Shown here piece by piece: positions 1 through 9,123 of a stretch of DNA of 33,648 bases (the stretch's first letter is position 1; each line of letters opens with the position of its first letter). The position numbers and the translations under genes are program-made. Below the pieces are notes generated by a model. It did not search any database. It had not been told where the DNA came from and worked only from the letters and a program-made list of their open reading frames with translations. Origin of the DNA: Telluria sp. (GTDB lineage: Bacteria; Pseudomonadota; Gammaproteobacteria; Burkholderiales; Burkholderiaceae_D); assembly GCA_035655255.1 (NCBI GenBank), contig DASRUW010000003.1, positions 1 to 33,648 of the forward strand, in the 5' to 3' direction.

Positions 1-1042
1 CCATCATGATCATCGTTTCCAGACGCGACAGGCCGTCGCGAACGCTGTTGGCGTGCAGCGTGGTCATGGAGCCGGCATGACCGGTGTTCATGGCCTGGAG
101 CATGTCGAGGGTTTCGCCGCCGCGGCACTCGCCGATGATGATGCGTTCAGGACGCATACGCAAGGCGTTGCGGACCAGGTCGCGCGTGGTGACCGCGCCT
201 TTGCCTTCGATGTTGGGCGGCCGGGTTTCCAACCTCACCACGTGCTCTTGTTGAAGCTGGAGTTCCGCCGCGTCCTCGATCGTGATGATGCGCTCGACCG
301 CCGGAATGGCCCCCGACATGATGTTGAGCAGCGTCGTCTTGCCGGTTCCGGTCCCGCCCGAGATGAGGATGTTGGTCTTCGCCTTCACCAGCCCGTTGAT
401 CAGCTCGGCCATCTCGCTGGTGAGCGTGCCGAACGCGACGACGTCCTTCATCGTCAGCGGCACCGTCGAGAAGCGGCGGATCGAGAGCACCGGGCCGTCG
501 AGCGCCAGCGGGGGAATGATGGCGTTGACGCGCGAGCCGTCCGGCAGCCGCGCGTCCACCATCGGGCTCGATTCGTCCACCCGCCGCCCCACGCGGGAGA
601 CGATCTTCTCGATGATCTTCATCAGGTGGGCGCTGTCATGGAAGCTCACCTCGGTCAGTTCGAGCCGTCCATGACGCTCGACGTAGACCTTGGCGTGCGT
701 GTTGACCAGGATGTCCGACACGCTGGGATCGGACAACAGCGGCTCCAGCGGACCGAAGCCGAGCATTTCGTGCTGCACGTCCAGCACAAGGTTGTGGCGT
801 TCGTGCTGGTTGAGGACGATGCGCTCCTCCTCGATGATGCGCTGGACCAGCAGCGCCAGTTCGTGCTTGAACTGTTCGCTGGTCAGCCGCTTGAGGCGCT
901 CCAGGTCGATCCGGTCCAGGATCATCTGGTGCATCATCTTCTTCAGGTCCTGGTAGGCCTGGTGGTTCGGCGCGTCCGCCAGGGCCGGCCGCGCCGGCCG
1001 CGCCGCGTCGTCGATCACCGCCAAACGTTCGCGCAATGTCAT
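1..1042 (-). CDS. cpaF: Tad/Flp pilus assembly ATPase CpaF/TadA (3' end lies beyond the window)
   Basis: Absent from the ORF track, translated manually: ATG at 1042 (MTLRERLA...), Walker [18 protein letters not shown], and [40 protein letters not shown] typical of VirB11/CpaF ATPases. Lies directly downstream of cpaE. Confidence 0.95.
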   Translation of the reverse strand, partial: MTLRERLAVIDDAARPARPALADAPNHQAYQDLKKMMHQMILDRIDLERLKRLTSEQFKHELALLVQRIIEEERIVLNQHERHNLVLDVQHEMLGFGPLEPLLSDPSVSDILVNTHAKVYVERHGRLELTEVSFHDSAHLMKIIEKIVSRVGRRVDESSPMVDARLPDGSRVNAIIPPLALDGPVLSIRRFSTVPLTMKDVVAFGTLTSEMAELINGLVKAKTNILISGGTGTGKTTLLNIMSGAIPAVERIITIEDAAELQLQQEHVVRLETRPPNIEGKGAVTTRDLVRNALRMRPERIIIGECRGGETLDMLQAMNTGHAGSMTTLHANSVRDGLSRLETMIMM

Positions 1043-1045
1043 CGC

Positions 1046-2233
1046 TTACCTCGCTGCCTGGTTGTCATGGTCGGTGCGGTGGAACAGCCGGTCGAGCAGT
1101 CCCTTGGCCTCGCTCACCCGGCGCGCCGTGACCAGTTCCACCAGTTCGGCCAGACTGCGCGCCACCCCGCTGCTGCGCGACAGGCGCAGCACCGGCACGC
1201 CCTGGTTCACCGAGTCCGTCACCGCGACATAGTCGTTCGGAATGGTGTGCAGCACGTCCGCGCCCAGGCTGGACTTGAGGTCCTGCAGGCGCAGCCGGCC
1301 GCCCTTCTCGTAGCGGTTGACGATCAGCCGGATGTTCTCGGCCGGGTAGCCGAGCGAACGGAAGATGTCGAGCAGGCGGCGCCCGTCGCGGATGTCGGGC
1401 AGCGCGAGCTGGAGCACGGGGTAGATCGCGTCGGCCGTGTCCAGGGCCCGCAGCGACACGGCGTCGATCTGGCGGCCGGCATCGAGCACGATGTAGTCGT
1501 AATGCCGGCGCGCGACGCGCAGGACGGTGTCCATGTGCTCCGGCAGCAGCGCGCCGGCCTGCGCCGGATCGTCCGCCGCGGCCAGCACGCCGAAGCCGTC
1601 GGCCACATGCAGGAGGCAGGAGTCGAGAAAGGCGCCATCGATCCGGTTGATCTGCTTGCACACGTCGCACAGGGTCATCGCCGGCTTCTGGTCCGACACG
1701 TACAACGCCGCGTCGCCAAATTGTCCGTGCAGATCGATCAGGAGGACCTTGCGCTGCGCCAGCGCCGCCAGGGCGTAGCCGAAATTCGCGGCAAGGAAGG
1801 TCGCCCCGCTGCCCCCCTTGCAGGCGATGAATGCCAGTACCTTGCCGTCGCGTAGCGGCAGGATGCCGCTGCTGGCCGCGATGCGGTCGATCGACTCGTG
1901 CAGTGCGCGGTGCACCAGCGGTAGCTGCAGGACCTCGCGCACGCCGGCGCGCATCGCGCGGATCAGCACATCTTCGCGGTGTTCCTCGGTGAGCAGCATG
2001 AAGGCGGCATTCGCGTGATGCTTGCGCAGGCGTTCGAACAGCTCGGCCTCAGCCATGTCGCCGACGCGCACGTCGACCAGCACCAGATCGGGCGTGACGC
2101 CGGCCGGCCGCTCCAGCGCGTCGCGCAGGCTGCGCCGTCCGCCCAGCAGGTCGAGCGGCGGCACACGGGCCGCGCCCTGGGTCGCGATCTCCGCCGCCAG
2201 TTGCTGGTCTTCCGTGATGAGCAGGGATTTCAT
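1046..2233 (-). CDS. cpaE: Tad pilus localization protein CpaE/TadZ (receiver-like domain + MinD/ParA-like domain), 395 aa
   Basis: C-terminal part of ORF 1046..2785; likely start MKSLLITED at 2233. Receiver-like N-terminus (DLVLVDV...AMRAGVREVL), deviant Walker A KGGSGAT, LLIDLHGQFG and IVNRY motifs; sits between tadE and cpaF. Confidence 0.92.
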   Translation of the reverse strand: MKSLLITEDQQLAAEIATQGAARVPPLDLLGGRRSLRDALERPAGVTPDLVLVDVRVGDMAEAELFERLRKHHANAAFMLLTEEHREDVLIRAMRAGVREVLQLPLVHRALHESIDRIAASSGILPLRDGKVLAFIACKGGSGATFLAANFGYALAALAQRKVLLIDLHGQFGDAALYVSDQKPAMTLCDVCKQINRIDGAFLDSCLLHVADGFGVLAAADDPAQAGALLPEHMDTVLRVARRHYDYIVLDAGRQIDAVSLRALDTADAIYPVLQLALPDIRDGRRLLDIFRSLGYPAENIRLIVNRYEKGGRLRLQDLKSSLGADVLHTIPNDYVAVTDSVNQGVPVLRLSRSSGVARSLAELVELVTARRVSEAKGLLDRLFHRTDHDNQAAR

Positions 2234-2247
2234 CGGACGGTCCTCGG

Positions 2248-2817
2248 TCAGGGGCAGGAGCCGGACACGCCCGGCACGTAGCCCAGCGTGGTCGCCGGCG
2301 CGACGCTCTGGAAGGTCGGCATCGGCATGCCGATGATGTTTGCCAGTCCCGCCAGCGGCAGCAGGGGCTCGTAGCTCACGCTGTCGCAATCGGTGCCGGG
2401 CATGCACAGGCGCGCGCGCACGGCGCGGATGCAGCTCGCGCCGGTAGGGTCGGCGGCGCAGTTGATGTAGTTCGCGGCCGGGCAGGTCAGGTTCACGACG
2501 CTGTTCGACGCATTGAGGTAGTCGATCCTGAGGTAGCTTGGGTCGATCGCGCCGCCCAGCACCAGGCGGCCCGCCGCATCGCGCGGCATGGCCTGCTGGC
2601 GCACCAGGCCCAGCGCGGCCGCGTCGCTGAAATCCGCCGTGGCGGCCAGGCGGGCGGCACGCTGGGTGGTGTCGACCAGGGTCGCGAAGAGGTAGGCCAG
2701 GCGCGCGATTTCGATCATCGAGAACATCAGCGTGAGGAAAACCATCAGCACGAGGGCGAATTCGATGCTGTAGTTGCCGCGGCACCGGCGGTCACTTGGT
2801 GAGCGGGCGCGTGGCAT
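2248..2817 (-). CDS. TadE/TadF-like pseudopilin
   Basis: Prepilin-like motif RG/NYSIEFALVLMVFL followed by a hydrophobic helix and AARLAA; several Cys in the C-terminal half. Start chosen at ATG 2817 (uncertain). Confidence 0.85.
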   Translation of the reverse strand: MPRARSPSDRRCRGNYSIEFALVLMVFLTLMFSMIEIARLAYLFATLVDTTQRAARLAATADFSDAAALGLVRQQAMPRDAAGRLVLGGAIDPSYLRIDYLNASNSVVNLTCPAANYINCAADPTGASCIRAVRARLCMPGTDCDSVSYEPLLPLAGLANIIGMPMPTFQSVAPATTLGYVPGVSGSCP

Positions 2818-3271
2818 AGGGCACCGTCGACGTCGCGTACAGCTCCCAGCTGAACTGGGGGTTCTCACTGAGGTAGCCCGAGGTCACGATGGAAAAGGCC
2901 TTGTCTTCCAGGAAGTAGTCGAGCGAGACCTGGACCTTGGGATTGACCATGGTGGTGCAGCCGGAGCACTGCAGAAGGACGTCCGTGGCGGACGGCAGGG
3001 GTGTGACGCCGGCGCCAGACAGAGCGTCGACCACCATCTGGCGAGCCCCGAGATTGAGCGCGGTGCGGGTCGCGGTGTCGGCGATCATCGCCGGACTGGC
3101 CAGGGAATACAGGCGGGCCGCGGCGGCGGTGGACTGCTTCAGCACGTAGTAGGTCCACAGCACGCGGCCGAACAGCAGCACGACCGGAATGAGGAAGATG
3201 AAGTAGACCAGGATCAGCGCCATCTCGATCCCGGCCACTCCCCGCTGCGACGTAGGACGGACGCTGTTCAT
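2792..3271 (-). CDS. tadE: TadE-like pseudopilin, 159 aa
   Basis: C-terminal part of ORF 2792..3832: MNSVRPTSQRG/VAGIEMALILVYFIFLIP...AAARLY. ATG at 3271 overlaps the upstream stop (ATGA). Confidence 0.85.
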   Translation of the reverse strand: MNSVRPTSQRGVAGIEMALILVYFIFLIPVVLLFGRVLWTYYVLKQSTAAAARLYSLASPAMIADTATRTALNLGARQMVVDALSGAGVTPLPSATDVLLQCSGCTTMVNPKVQVSLDYFLEDKAFSIVTSGYLSENPQFSWELYATSTVPYATRPLTK

Positions 3272-4689
3272 TGGTAGAGGGTGAACGAGGTGGAGACGGC
3301 GGGGTCGGATGCGAGGCCGCCGAATTCGGCCGGCACGGCGCTCGCGCTGGCCCGCGCCGTCAGCATGAATTTGCCGATCGCAAGCACCGTGGCCACGCCG
3401 CTGGACGGCACCGGACAGCTCAGGAGCGGCACGTTCAGGATGCGGCGGTAGCGCTGGCCGGTGACGGAAGGAGGCTTGACCTGGGTGCCGTGGGTGATCA
3501 GGTACGGGGTTTCGAGGCTGTCCGCATAATTGCTCGACGGGGCCGGCGTGGTCGGATATAGCGCGCTCCAGTCGGCCTTGCCGAACGAGGTCCCGGCGTT
3601 GCCGGCCGCGCTGGCCGAGTAGCGCACCGGACGGGTATAGGCCCACAGGGTCCCCATCCAGCCCGCGCTGGCGCCGGCAGGCGGCGTGGCGAGATCGGCG
3701 ATCGTCAGCCGCGCACCCGTGCTGCTGTCGGCCTGCGCGTAAGGGGCCAGCTGTGTGCCCATCCAGAACGCCGGATAATTCGGCACGAATTCGCGCACGT
3801 TCGTGTCCGGCGCCGCGGCATAGGTCTTGCACTTGCCGGCCGCGGCCAGCTGCAGGCGCACGTTGATCTCGTCATACAGCGAGGCGGCCGGGAACGGCGC
3901 GCTGACATAGATCTGGGTCAGGGTAGCGGGCGCCGGCAGCAGGCCGGTGCACATGAACGGCTTGAGGACGTCCGCGGCGAAATGCCCGCTGTAGTTCGGC
4001 GCACCGGGAAAGTCGACCGGATTGACCGCATAGCTCTGTGCCGCCGTCCCGTTGGGATTGAGGTCGATCAGGTTGTAGGTCACACCGCGCCGGAAGCCGT
4101 ATTCGACCAGCTCCTCGTTGCCCGCGCCCAGCGTGTTGCTGCGCGCGGCGGCGGGCGTGGCGCTGAGCGCGCAGATCGCGATGGGATCGATGTGCCGCAG
4201 CGCGGGACCGGCCACGGCGCTGGCGGCCGTGCTCAGGGTGGTGGCGCCGGCGTTGCGTACGAGGATGGTGTCGACGATCCCGGGGTCGGGTGCAAGCTGG
4301 GAGGTATCGAAGCGGGCGAAGCGCAGCGTGCTGGCGTCCGCCGCGCCGGCGGCGGAGGCGGCGACCCAAGCGGAATCGGGATCGTCATGATGCGCCGCGA
4401 AACTCAAGGCCGCGTCGCTCCACGCGAAGGCGGCGCCGTATTTGTAGGACGTGTTGGCCAGCGCGGCTTCGGCCGCGGCCGTGGCGTTCGCGATGCCGGT
4501 GGAGGTGCCGTCGAGGGCGGCCGCGGCGGCCAGTGCGGCGGCGTCCGCGGCTTCGCGCAGCTCCATACGGCGGGTGTAGGCCAGGGCCAGGTCGATCGCC
4601 AGACCGGCGAAGATCACGACGATCATCAGCAGCACCGCGAAGGCCACCGCCAGCGAACCGCCCTGACGCGCTGACCGGCGCGGTGTCAT
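3268..4689 (-). CDS. tadG: TadG-like pilus-associated protein, 473 aa
   Basis: N-terminus QGG/SLAVAFAVLL...GLAIDLALAYTRRMELREAADAAALAAA matches the TadG N-terminal signature; Tad locus context. Confidence 0.85.
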   Translation of the reverse strand: MTPRRSARQGGSLAVAFAVLLMIVVIFAGLAIDLALAYTRRMELREAADAAALAAAAALDGTSTGIANATAAAEAALANTSYKYGAAFAWSDAALSFAAHHDDPDSAWVAASAAGAADASTLRFARFDTSQLAPDPGIVDTILVRNAGATTLSTAASAVAGPALRHIDPIAICALSATPAAARSNTLGAGNEELVEYGFRRGVTYNLIDLNPNGTAAQSYAVNPVDFPGAPNYSGHFAADVLKPFMCTGLLPAPATLTQIYVSAPFPAASLYDEINVRLQLAAAGKCKTYAAAPDTNVREFVPNYPAFWMGTQLAPYAQADSSTGARLTIADLATPPAGASAGWMGTLWAYTRPVRYSASAAGNAGTSFGKADWSALYPTTPAPSSNYADSLETPYLITHGTQVKPPSVTGQRYRRILNVPLLSCPVPSSGVATVLAIGKFMLTARASASAVPAEFGGLASDPAVSTSFTLYQ

Positions 4690-4946
4690 TTCGTGGTCTC
4701 CGGAGCCGGAGCGGGGGCCGCCACCTGGTGCTCGCCAAAACTCTTTTCATAGGCCGCGTGAGCCCGCGCGGCGGAGCGGCCATCCAGGCCCACGGCAACG
4801 GGCGCGCCCGCGGGGGCGCCGGGATCGAGCACCTGCGCGGCCAGCATGGCGCGCACGCTGTGCCCATCCGGCGCGCCGTGCGGCGCCGTTAGCAAGGTGC
4901 AGGAAGACAGCAGCGCGGCGCAAGGTAAATAGAAAACAGTTCGCAT
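4686..4946 (-). CDS. Small Tad-associated putative lipoprotein, 86 aa
   Basis: C-terminal end of ORF 4686..6089: MRTVFYLPCAALLSSC... with lipobox-like LSSC, AAGGAG RBS at 4953-4958, and stop overlapping the tadG start. Confidence 0.75.
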   Translation of the reverse strand: MRTVFYLPCAALLSSCTLLTAPHGAPDGHSVRAMLAAQVLDPGAPAGAPVAVGLDGRSAARAHAAYEKSFGEHQVAAPAPAPETTK

Positions 4947-4957
4947 GTTGAGCTCCT

Positions 4958-6376
4958 TCATCTCAGCTCGAAGCCGCTGGGGCTCTGCGCGGACGGCGCG
5001 GCCGGCGCGGGTTCCTCGACCCGTCCGCGCAGGATCATGCCGCTGCGGGTGGACGCGCCCACCTTGTCGGTCGGGAGCGGGAGGTTCGCTGCCAACGGCC
5101 TGACCAGATGCGCGGTCACCACGAACACGAGTTCCGTCTTGTCCTGCTCGAAGTCCGTGCTGCGGAACAGCGCACCCAGAACCGGCAGCTCGCCCAGGAT
5201 CGGCAGTCCCTTGATCTTGCCGACCGTGCTGTTCTTGATCAGACCACCGATGGCGAAACTCTGGCCGTCGGCCAGCTGCACCGTGGTGCTGGCACGGCGC
5301 GTGGTCAGCACCGGCAGCACGGCATTGAGCTGGAGCCCGCCGGTGGCGCTGACGCCGATGCCTTCGCGCGACAGCTCCGACACTTCGGGCGCCACCTGCA
5401 GGTTGATCCTGCCACCCGCCATGACGGTCGGCGTGAAGCGCAGGCTGACGCCGAATTCCTTTTCCGCCAGCGTGATCTTGTTGTTGTCCTGCTGGACCGG
5501 GATGTAGAACTTGCCGCCGGCGAGGAAGCTGCCCTCCTGGCCGCTGATCGCCATCACGGTCGGCTCCGCGAGGATGCGGACCAGCGCGTCCTGGGTCTGC
5601 GCGTCGAGGCGCGCCGACTGCTTGCCCTTCGAGAGCGCCAGCGACGCGCCGGGCGTCCCGCTCAGGAAGTTCGACGTCAGCGCCGCCAGCCAGCCGCCGC
5701 CGCTCAGCGCCAGGTGGGTGGAGGCCTCCATCCGCTCCAGCAGGGTACGGGAAACTTCGGCCACCTTCACCTCCAGCATGACCTGCTGGGGCGCATTCAC
5801 GTTCAGCATGTTGACCACGCGCGCCATGCCGCCACCCGCCGCCGTGGCGCCGCCTTCGGGCGCGCCCTCGTCTCCGCGGCGCAGCAGCGAATGAACAGGG
5901 CGCCGCACGAAGGCCGCTGCCAATTCGCCAGCGCGCGCGACGGCCGCGCCGTCGGCCACCGTGCCGGTGAGGACGACGGAGTCCGACGCCGCCAGCACGT
6001 GGATGTCCTTCTCGTCCGGCATGGCCTGGGCCAGCGCCGCCTGCAGCGCGCCCGCGTCCAGGCTCACCACCACGTCGACGATGCTGCACATGCCGCTGCG
6101 GCCCTGGATGATCATGTTGGTCGAGCCGATGTCGACCCCAACCACGTACATGGTGTCCGGTGCGACCAGGATCGCCTGCACCACCGACGGGTTGCCCACG
6201 CTGCGCTGGGCGGCCGGCTCGGGCAGGCGCATGAGGGTGGACTTGCCCAGTTCGAGGGGCAGCCGGGCCGGCGGGCCCTGGCGCCCGGCGCAGTGCGGAC
6301 CGGTTTCGGCACGCGCCTCGGACGGCGCTGGCGCCGCGGCGGCGGCCGACAGAAGCATGGCGGCGATCAGGCTCAT
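4958..6376 (-). CDS. cpaC: Tad secretin CpaC/RcpA, 472 aa
   Basis: Signal peptide, then QQVMLEVKVAEVSR, LAEPTVMAISGQEGSFLAGG, EFGVSLRFTP and PILGELPVLGALFRS secretin motifs. ATG 6376 overlaps the cpaB stop (ATGA). Confidence 0.95.
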   Translation of the reverse strand: MSLIAAMLLSAAAAAPAPSEARAETGPHCAGRQGPPARLPLELGKSTLMRLPEPAAQRSVGNPSVVQAILVAPDTMYVVGVDIGSTNMIIQGRSGMCSIVDVVVSLDAGALQAALAQAMPDEKDIHVLAASDSVVLTGTVADGAAVARAGELAAAFVRRPVHSLLRRGDEGAPEGGATAAGGGMARVVNMLNVNAPQQVMLEVKVAEVSRTLLERMEASTHLALSGGGWLAALTSNFLSGTPGASLALSKGKQSARLDAQTQDALVRILAEPTVMAISGQEGSFLAGGKFYIPVQQDNNKITLAEKEFGVSLRFTPTVMAGGRINLQVAPEVSELSREGIGVSATGGLQLNAVLPVLTTRRASTTVQLADGQSFAIGGLIKNSTVGKIKGLPILGELPVLGALFRSTDFEQDKTELVFVVTAHLVRPLAANLPLPTDKVGASTRSGMILRGRVEEPAPAAPSAQSPSGFELR

Positions 6377-7209
6377 TGGAAGCACTCCTGCGCGCTGTGC
6401 ACGCCGTTGATGACGCCGACGCAGGCGCGCTTGGGCGGCGCGGCCGGGCGGGCCGGATGCGGGACCGCAGGCGGCGCCTTGGCCGGGGCGGGCGCCGGCG
6501 GCTCGGCCAGCGCCAGCAAGGTGCGCTTGGTGGCGCCGCCGGTGGCCGCCGGCGCCGGGTCGACCTGGTTGCGCAGGACCAGCGAGAGCGTGCCGACGCT
6601 ACGCGCCAGGTCCAGCGCCTCGGCCTGGCCCGGGGTGACTTCGAGCGTGACCGCGTTGACCACGCGCGGCTTGGTTTCGTCGCGGTTCACTTCCTGCGCG
6701 ACAGCCAGGACCAGGATCCGTTCCAGCACGATCTTCGAGATGTCGGGCGCGTTGCTGCGGTCCTCGCTGTCGTCCTTGGTGTGCACGATGATGTCGACGA
6801 AATTGCCCGGCAGGGCGAAGCCGGCCACGCCCACCACGTCGTTCACGCGCACCGTGATCGCGCGCCGGCCCTCCGCGATCAGGGCCGACAGGCCGCCGAG
6901 CGTGCCGGATGGCGCCAGGCGCGCTTCGCTGAGCGGTTCGCCGCGCAGCATGTTGGTGCGCGCCACGCGGCCGGCCAGCTTGGCCGGATCGGTGAACGCT
7001 CCGGCCGGCACGTTGGCGGCGGGCCAGTCGGCCAGGCGCACCATCTCGGGCGCGATGCGCTGCCCGAGGCTGATGTCGGAGGCCATCACGACGATCTGCT
7101 TGATCGCCGCCGCCGGCTGGCTGCGCAGCCAGTGCAAGGCGACCCATACCGCCGCCAGGCCAAGCAGCACGGCCAGCGTCAGCGTCCACAGTGCGCGCTT
7201 GTTCTTCAT
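6373..7209 (-). CDS. cpaB: Flp pilus assembly protein CpaB/RcpC, 278 aa
   Basis: N-terminal TM helix, SAF-like domain, GRRAITVRVNDVVGVAGFALPGNFVDI and VTLEVTPGQAE...GTLSLVLRN motifs. Confidence 0.95.
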   Translation of the reverse strand: MKNKRALWTLTLAVLLGLAAVWVALHWLRSQPAAAIKQIVVMASDISLGQRIAPEMVRLADWPAANVPAGAFTDPAKLAGRVARTNMLRGEPLSEARLAPSGTLGGLSALIAEGRRAITVRVNDVVGVAGFALPGNFVDIIVHTKDDSEDRSNAPDISKIVLERILVLAVAQEVNRDETKPRVVNAVTLEVTPGQAEALDLARSVGTLSLVLRNQVDPAPAATGGATKRTLLALAEPPAPAPAKAPPAVPHPARPAAPPKRACVGVINGVHSAQECFQ

Positions 7210-7212
7210 GGC

Positions 7213-8541
7213 CTACTCCGCGCCGGCGAACATGGTGCGCCAGGCCTGGTCGATCGCCGCGACGCTCAAGCGCGGCGCGACGTCGGCGTAGCTGGCGAAA
7301 TCGACGATGCGCGAGACGATCTCGCGCGGGCAGCTCGCCAGCAGCGGGCGCTGCGCCTGTCCGTGCAGGCGGTGCACGAGGTGGTCCAGCGCCAGCTCGT
7401 CGAGCACCACGCGCGCCGCGCGGCACTGGTGGCGGAACAGCAGCCGGAAGTTCGCCTCCGACAGCGGGCCGATGTTCACCTTGTAGCCCACGCGGCGCAG
7501 CTGTGCGTCATCGAGCAGCTCGTGGGGCGGCAGGTTGGTGGCGAACAGCACCAGCGCGTCGAAGGGCAGCGCCACCTTGTGATTGCCCTGCACCCGCAAC
7601 TGGTCGACGCCGCTCTCCAGCGCCGCCGTGATGCGGTTCAGCAGCTGCGCCGCCGGCGCCCGCTGGCGGCCCAGGTCGTCGACGATGAGCAGGCCGCCGT
7701 TGGCCAGCAGCTGCGGCGGCGCGTGGAACACGCCGGCCGCTTCGTCGTGGCGCAGTTCGAGCATGTCGCCATCGAGTTCGGCGCCGGTGCACACGGCCGG
7801 CCGCTGGCACAGCGTCCAGCGCGCGTCCACGCTGCGCCGTTCCTCGAACTGGCGCGCATGCACCGGCGACGGCGCCAGGTGCACGGCCGGATCGTGAACC
7901 TGGACGATGCGCTCGTCGATCAGCAGCGCATGGGGCACGGCGATGAGGCCGTGCTGCAGCCGCCCCAGCTTGCGCGCGAGCGTGGTCTTGCCGCTGCCGG
8001 AGGGGCCGTACAGCAGCAGCGAGCGGCCGGCGTGCAGGGCCGCGCCGATGGTGTCGCGCACGTCGGGATCGATCACGTCGTCGGCGAACGCGGCCTGCAG
8101 TTCGGCGGCCGGCAGCGGACCTTGCCGGGCCTGGCGGGCGCCTTGGCGGCGCAGCACGTCGCGGTAGGCGGCCAGCGTCACCGGCGCCGGGCCCAGGTAG
8201 CGGCTGCGCGCGAGATAGTCGGCCGCGCGCAGCTTGCCGGAGCCGGTCAGCTGGTACTGCACGTCGAGCTCGGTGTCGCCGCGCCAGGTCAGTTCGGCCA
8301 GCTGTTCGCCCAGCATGAAGTCGAGCACCTCGCGCAGCACGTTCACCGACAGCTTGAGCTTGCCGGCCAGCAGCGGCAGGTGAATCTTGCCCGCCGCATA
8401 GATGGTCTTGGCCACCAGCTCCACCAGGAAAGCCTGGTCGAGTCCCGTGTCGCGCAGCGATTTCGGCTGGGGCGGCAGCAGCGCGGCCGCTTCCTCGGCG
8501 CGGGCCTGCGGGGCGGTTCTCACTTCATCCAGGTCGAGCAT
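7213..8541 (-). CDS. AAA+ family ATPase of unknown function inside the Tad locus, 442 aa
   Basis: Walker A LLYGPSGSGKTT, Walker B ANGGLLIVDDLGRQ, sensor-1-like FATN, arginine-finger-like DDAQLRR. GGAGG RBS at 8547-8551 supports start 8541 (MLDLDEVR). Confidence 0.88.
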   Translation of the reverse strand: MLDLDEVRTAPQARAEEAAALLPPQPKSLRDTGLDQAFLVELVAKTIYAAGKIHLPLLAGKLKLSVNVLREVLDFMLGEQLAELTWRGDTELDVQYQLTGSGKLRAADYLARSRYLGPAPVTLAAYRDVLRRQGARQARQGPLPAAELQAAFADDVIDPDVRDTIGAALHAGRSLLLYGPSGSGKTTLARKLGRLQHGLIAVPHALLIDERIVQVHDPAVHLAPSPVHARQFEERRSVDARWTLCQRPAVCTGAELDGDMLELRHDEAAGVFHAPPQLLANGGLLIVDDLGRQRAPAAQLLNRITAALESGVDQLRVQGNHKVALPFDALVLFATNLPPHELLDDAQLRRVGYKVNIGPLSEANFRLLFRHQCRAARVVLDELALDHLVHRLHGQAQRPLLASCPREIVSRIVDFASYADVAPRLSVAAIDQAWRTMFAGAE

Positions 8542-8574
8542 GGTGGCCTCCGGTTGCAGCAAGTGATGAGATTG

Positions 8575-8615
8575 ATTCTAGGCAGCGGGAACCTGGCAAT
8601 CTTGATAGTCAGCAA
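8575..8615 (-). promoter_or_regulatory. Putative class II CRP/FNR-family promoter for the AAA ATPase-cpaB operon
   Basis: TTGATAGTCAGCAA at 8602-8615 (9/10 to FNR consensus TTGAT-N4-ATCAA), 21 bp upstream of minus-strand -10 TAGAAT (8580-8575); centre about -40.5. Confidence 0.6.
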
Positions 8616-8622
8616 TAAGTGC

Positions 8623-9057
8623 TCACAGGCTACGAACGATCAGCACGCCGAGGGTGCCGGCGGCGATGGCGGGCGCATAGGCCATGCGTAGCTTGCGGTC
8701 GCCGTAGCGCAGCAGCAGCACGAGGGCCGCGATGCCGCCCGCCAGCACGCTGGCGAAGCAGGCGCGCCACACCAGGGCCGGTCCGATGTAGGCGCCGACC
8801 ACGGCCATGAGCTTGACGTCCCCCGCGCCCATGCCGCGGAAGAAGTAGAACGGCAGCAGCATCGCCAGGCCCAGCAGGGCGCCGGTCGCGCCCCAGGCGA
8901 GGGAACCGACGCCGCCGCCGGCCAGGCGCAGGATGGCGGCGCAGGCGAGGCCGGCGCCGAGATAGGAATTCGGAATGCGCTGCTCCAGCAGGTCGCGCGC
9001 GGCGGCCGACAGCAGCAGCAGCACAAGCATCAGCTCGCTCCAGAGTTGAACGGTCAT
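8623..9057 (-). CDS. cpaA: Prepilin peptidase CpaA/TadV (A24 family), 144 aa
   Basis: Hydrophobic protein with both catalytic Asp motifs, RDLLEQRIPN and GMGAGDVKL. GGAG RBS precedes ATG 9057; directly downstream of flp. Confidence 0.92.
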   Translation of the reverse strand: MTVQLWSELMLVLLLLSAAARDLLEQRIPNSYLGAGLACAAILRLAGGGVGSLAWGATGALLGLAMLLPFYFFRGMGAGDVKLMAVVGAYIGPALVWRACFASVLAGGIAALVLLLRYGDRKLRMAYAPAIAAGTLGVLIVRSL

Positions 9058-9077
9058 GGCAGGCTCCAGCTGGAAAG

Positions 9078-9108
9078 GCTCTCCGGGCCGGGCCCAGCCC
9101 GGAAGAGC
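9078..9108 (-). terminator. GC-rich hairpin between flp and cpaA (partial terminator or mRNA-stabilising stem)
   Basis: GCTCTCCGGGC (9078-9088) pairs with GCCCGGAAGAGC (9097-9108) with one bulge; only a short CTTT tail follows on the minus strand. Confidence 0.55.
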
Positions 9109-9123
9109 GCGCTTCACACAGGA

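Noticed and set aside
1790-1830. CpaE Walker A lacking the GKT lysine (KGGSGAT)
   Set aside because: A deviant Walker A is normal for CpaE/TadZ proteins and is not evidence of a pseudogene.
53-8691. Long plus-strand ORFs (600, 727 and 771 aa) opposite the Tad genes
   Set aside because: Antisense shadows of cpaF/cpaE/cpaC/cpaB/ATPase; Arg/Gly/His-rich with no domain signatures.
8623-9057. Short prepilin peptidase without a methyltransferase domain
   Set aside because: Expected for TadV/CpaA; both catalytic Asp motifs are present.
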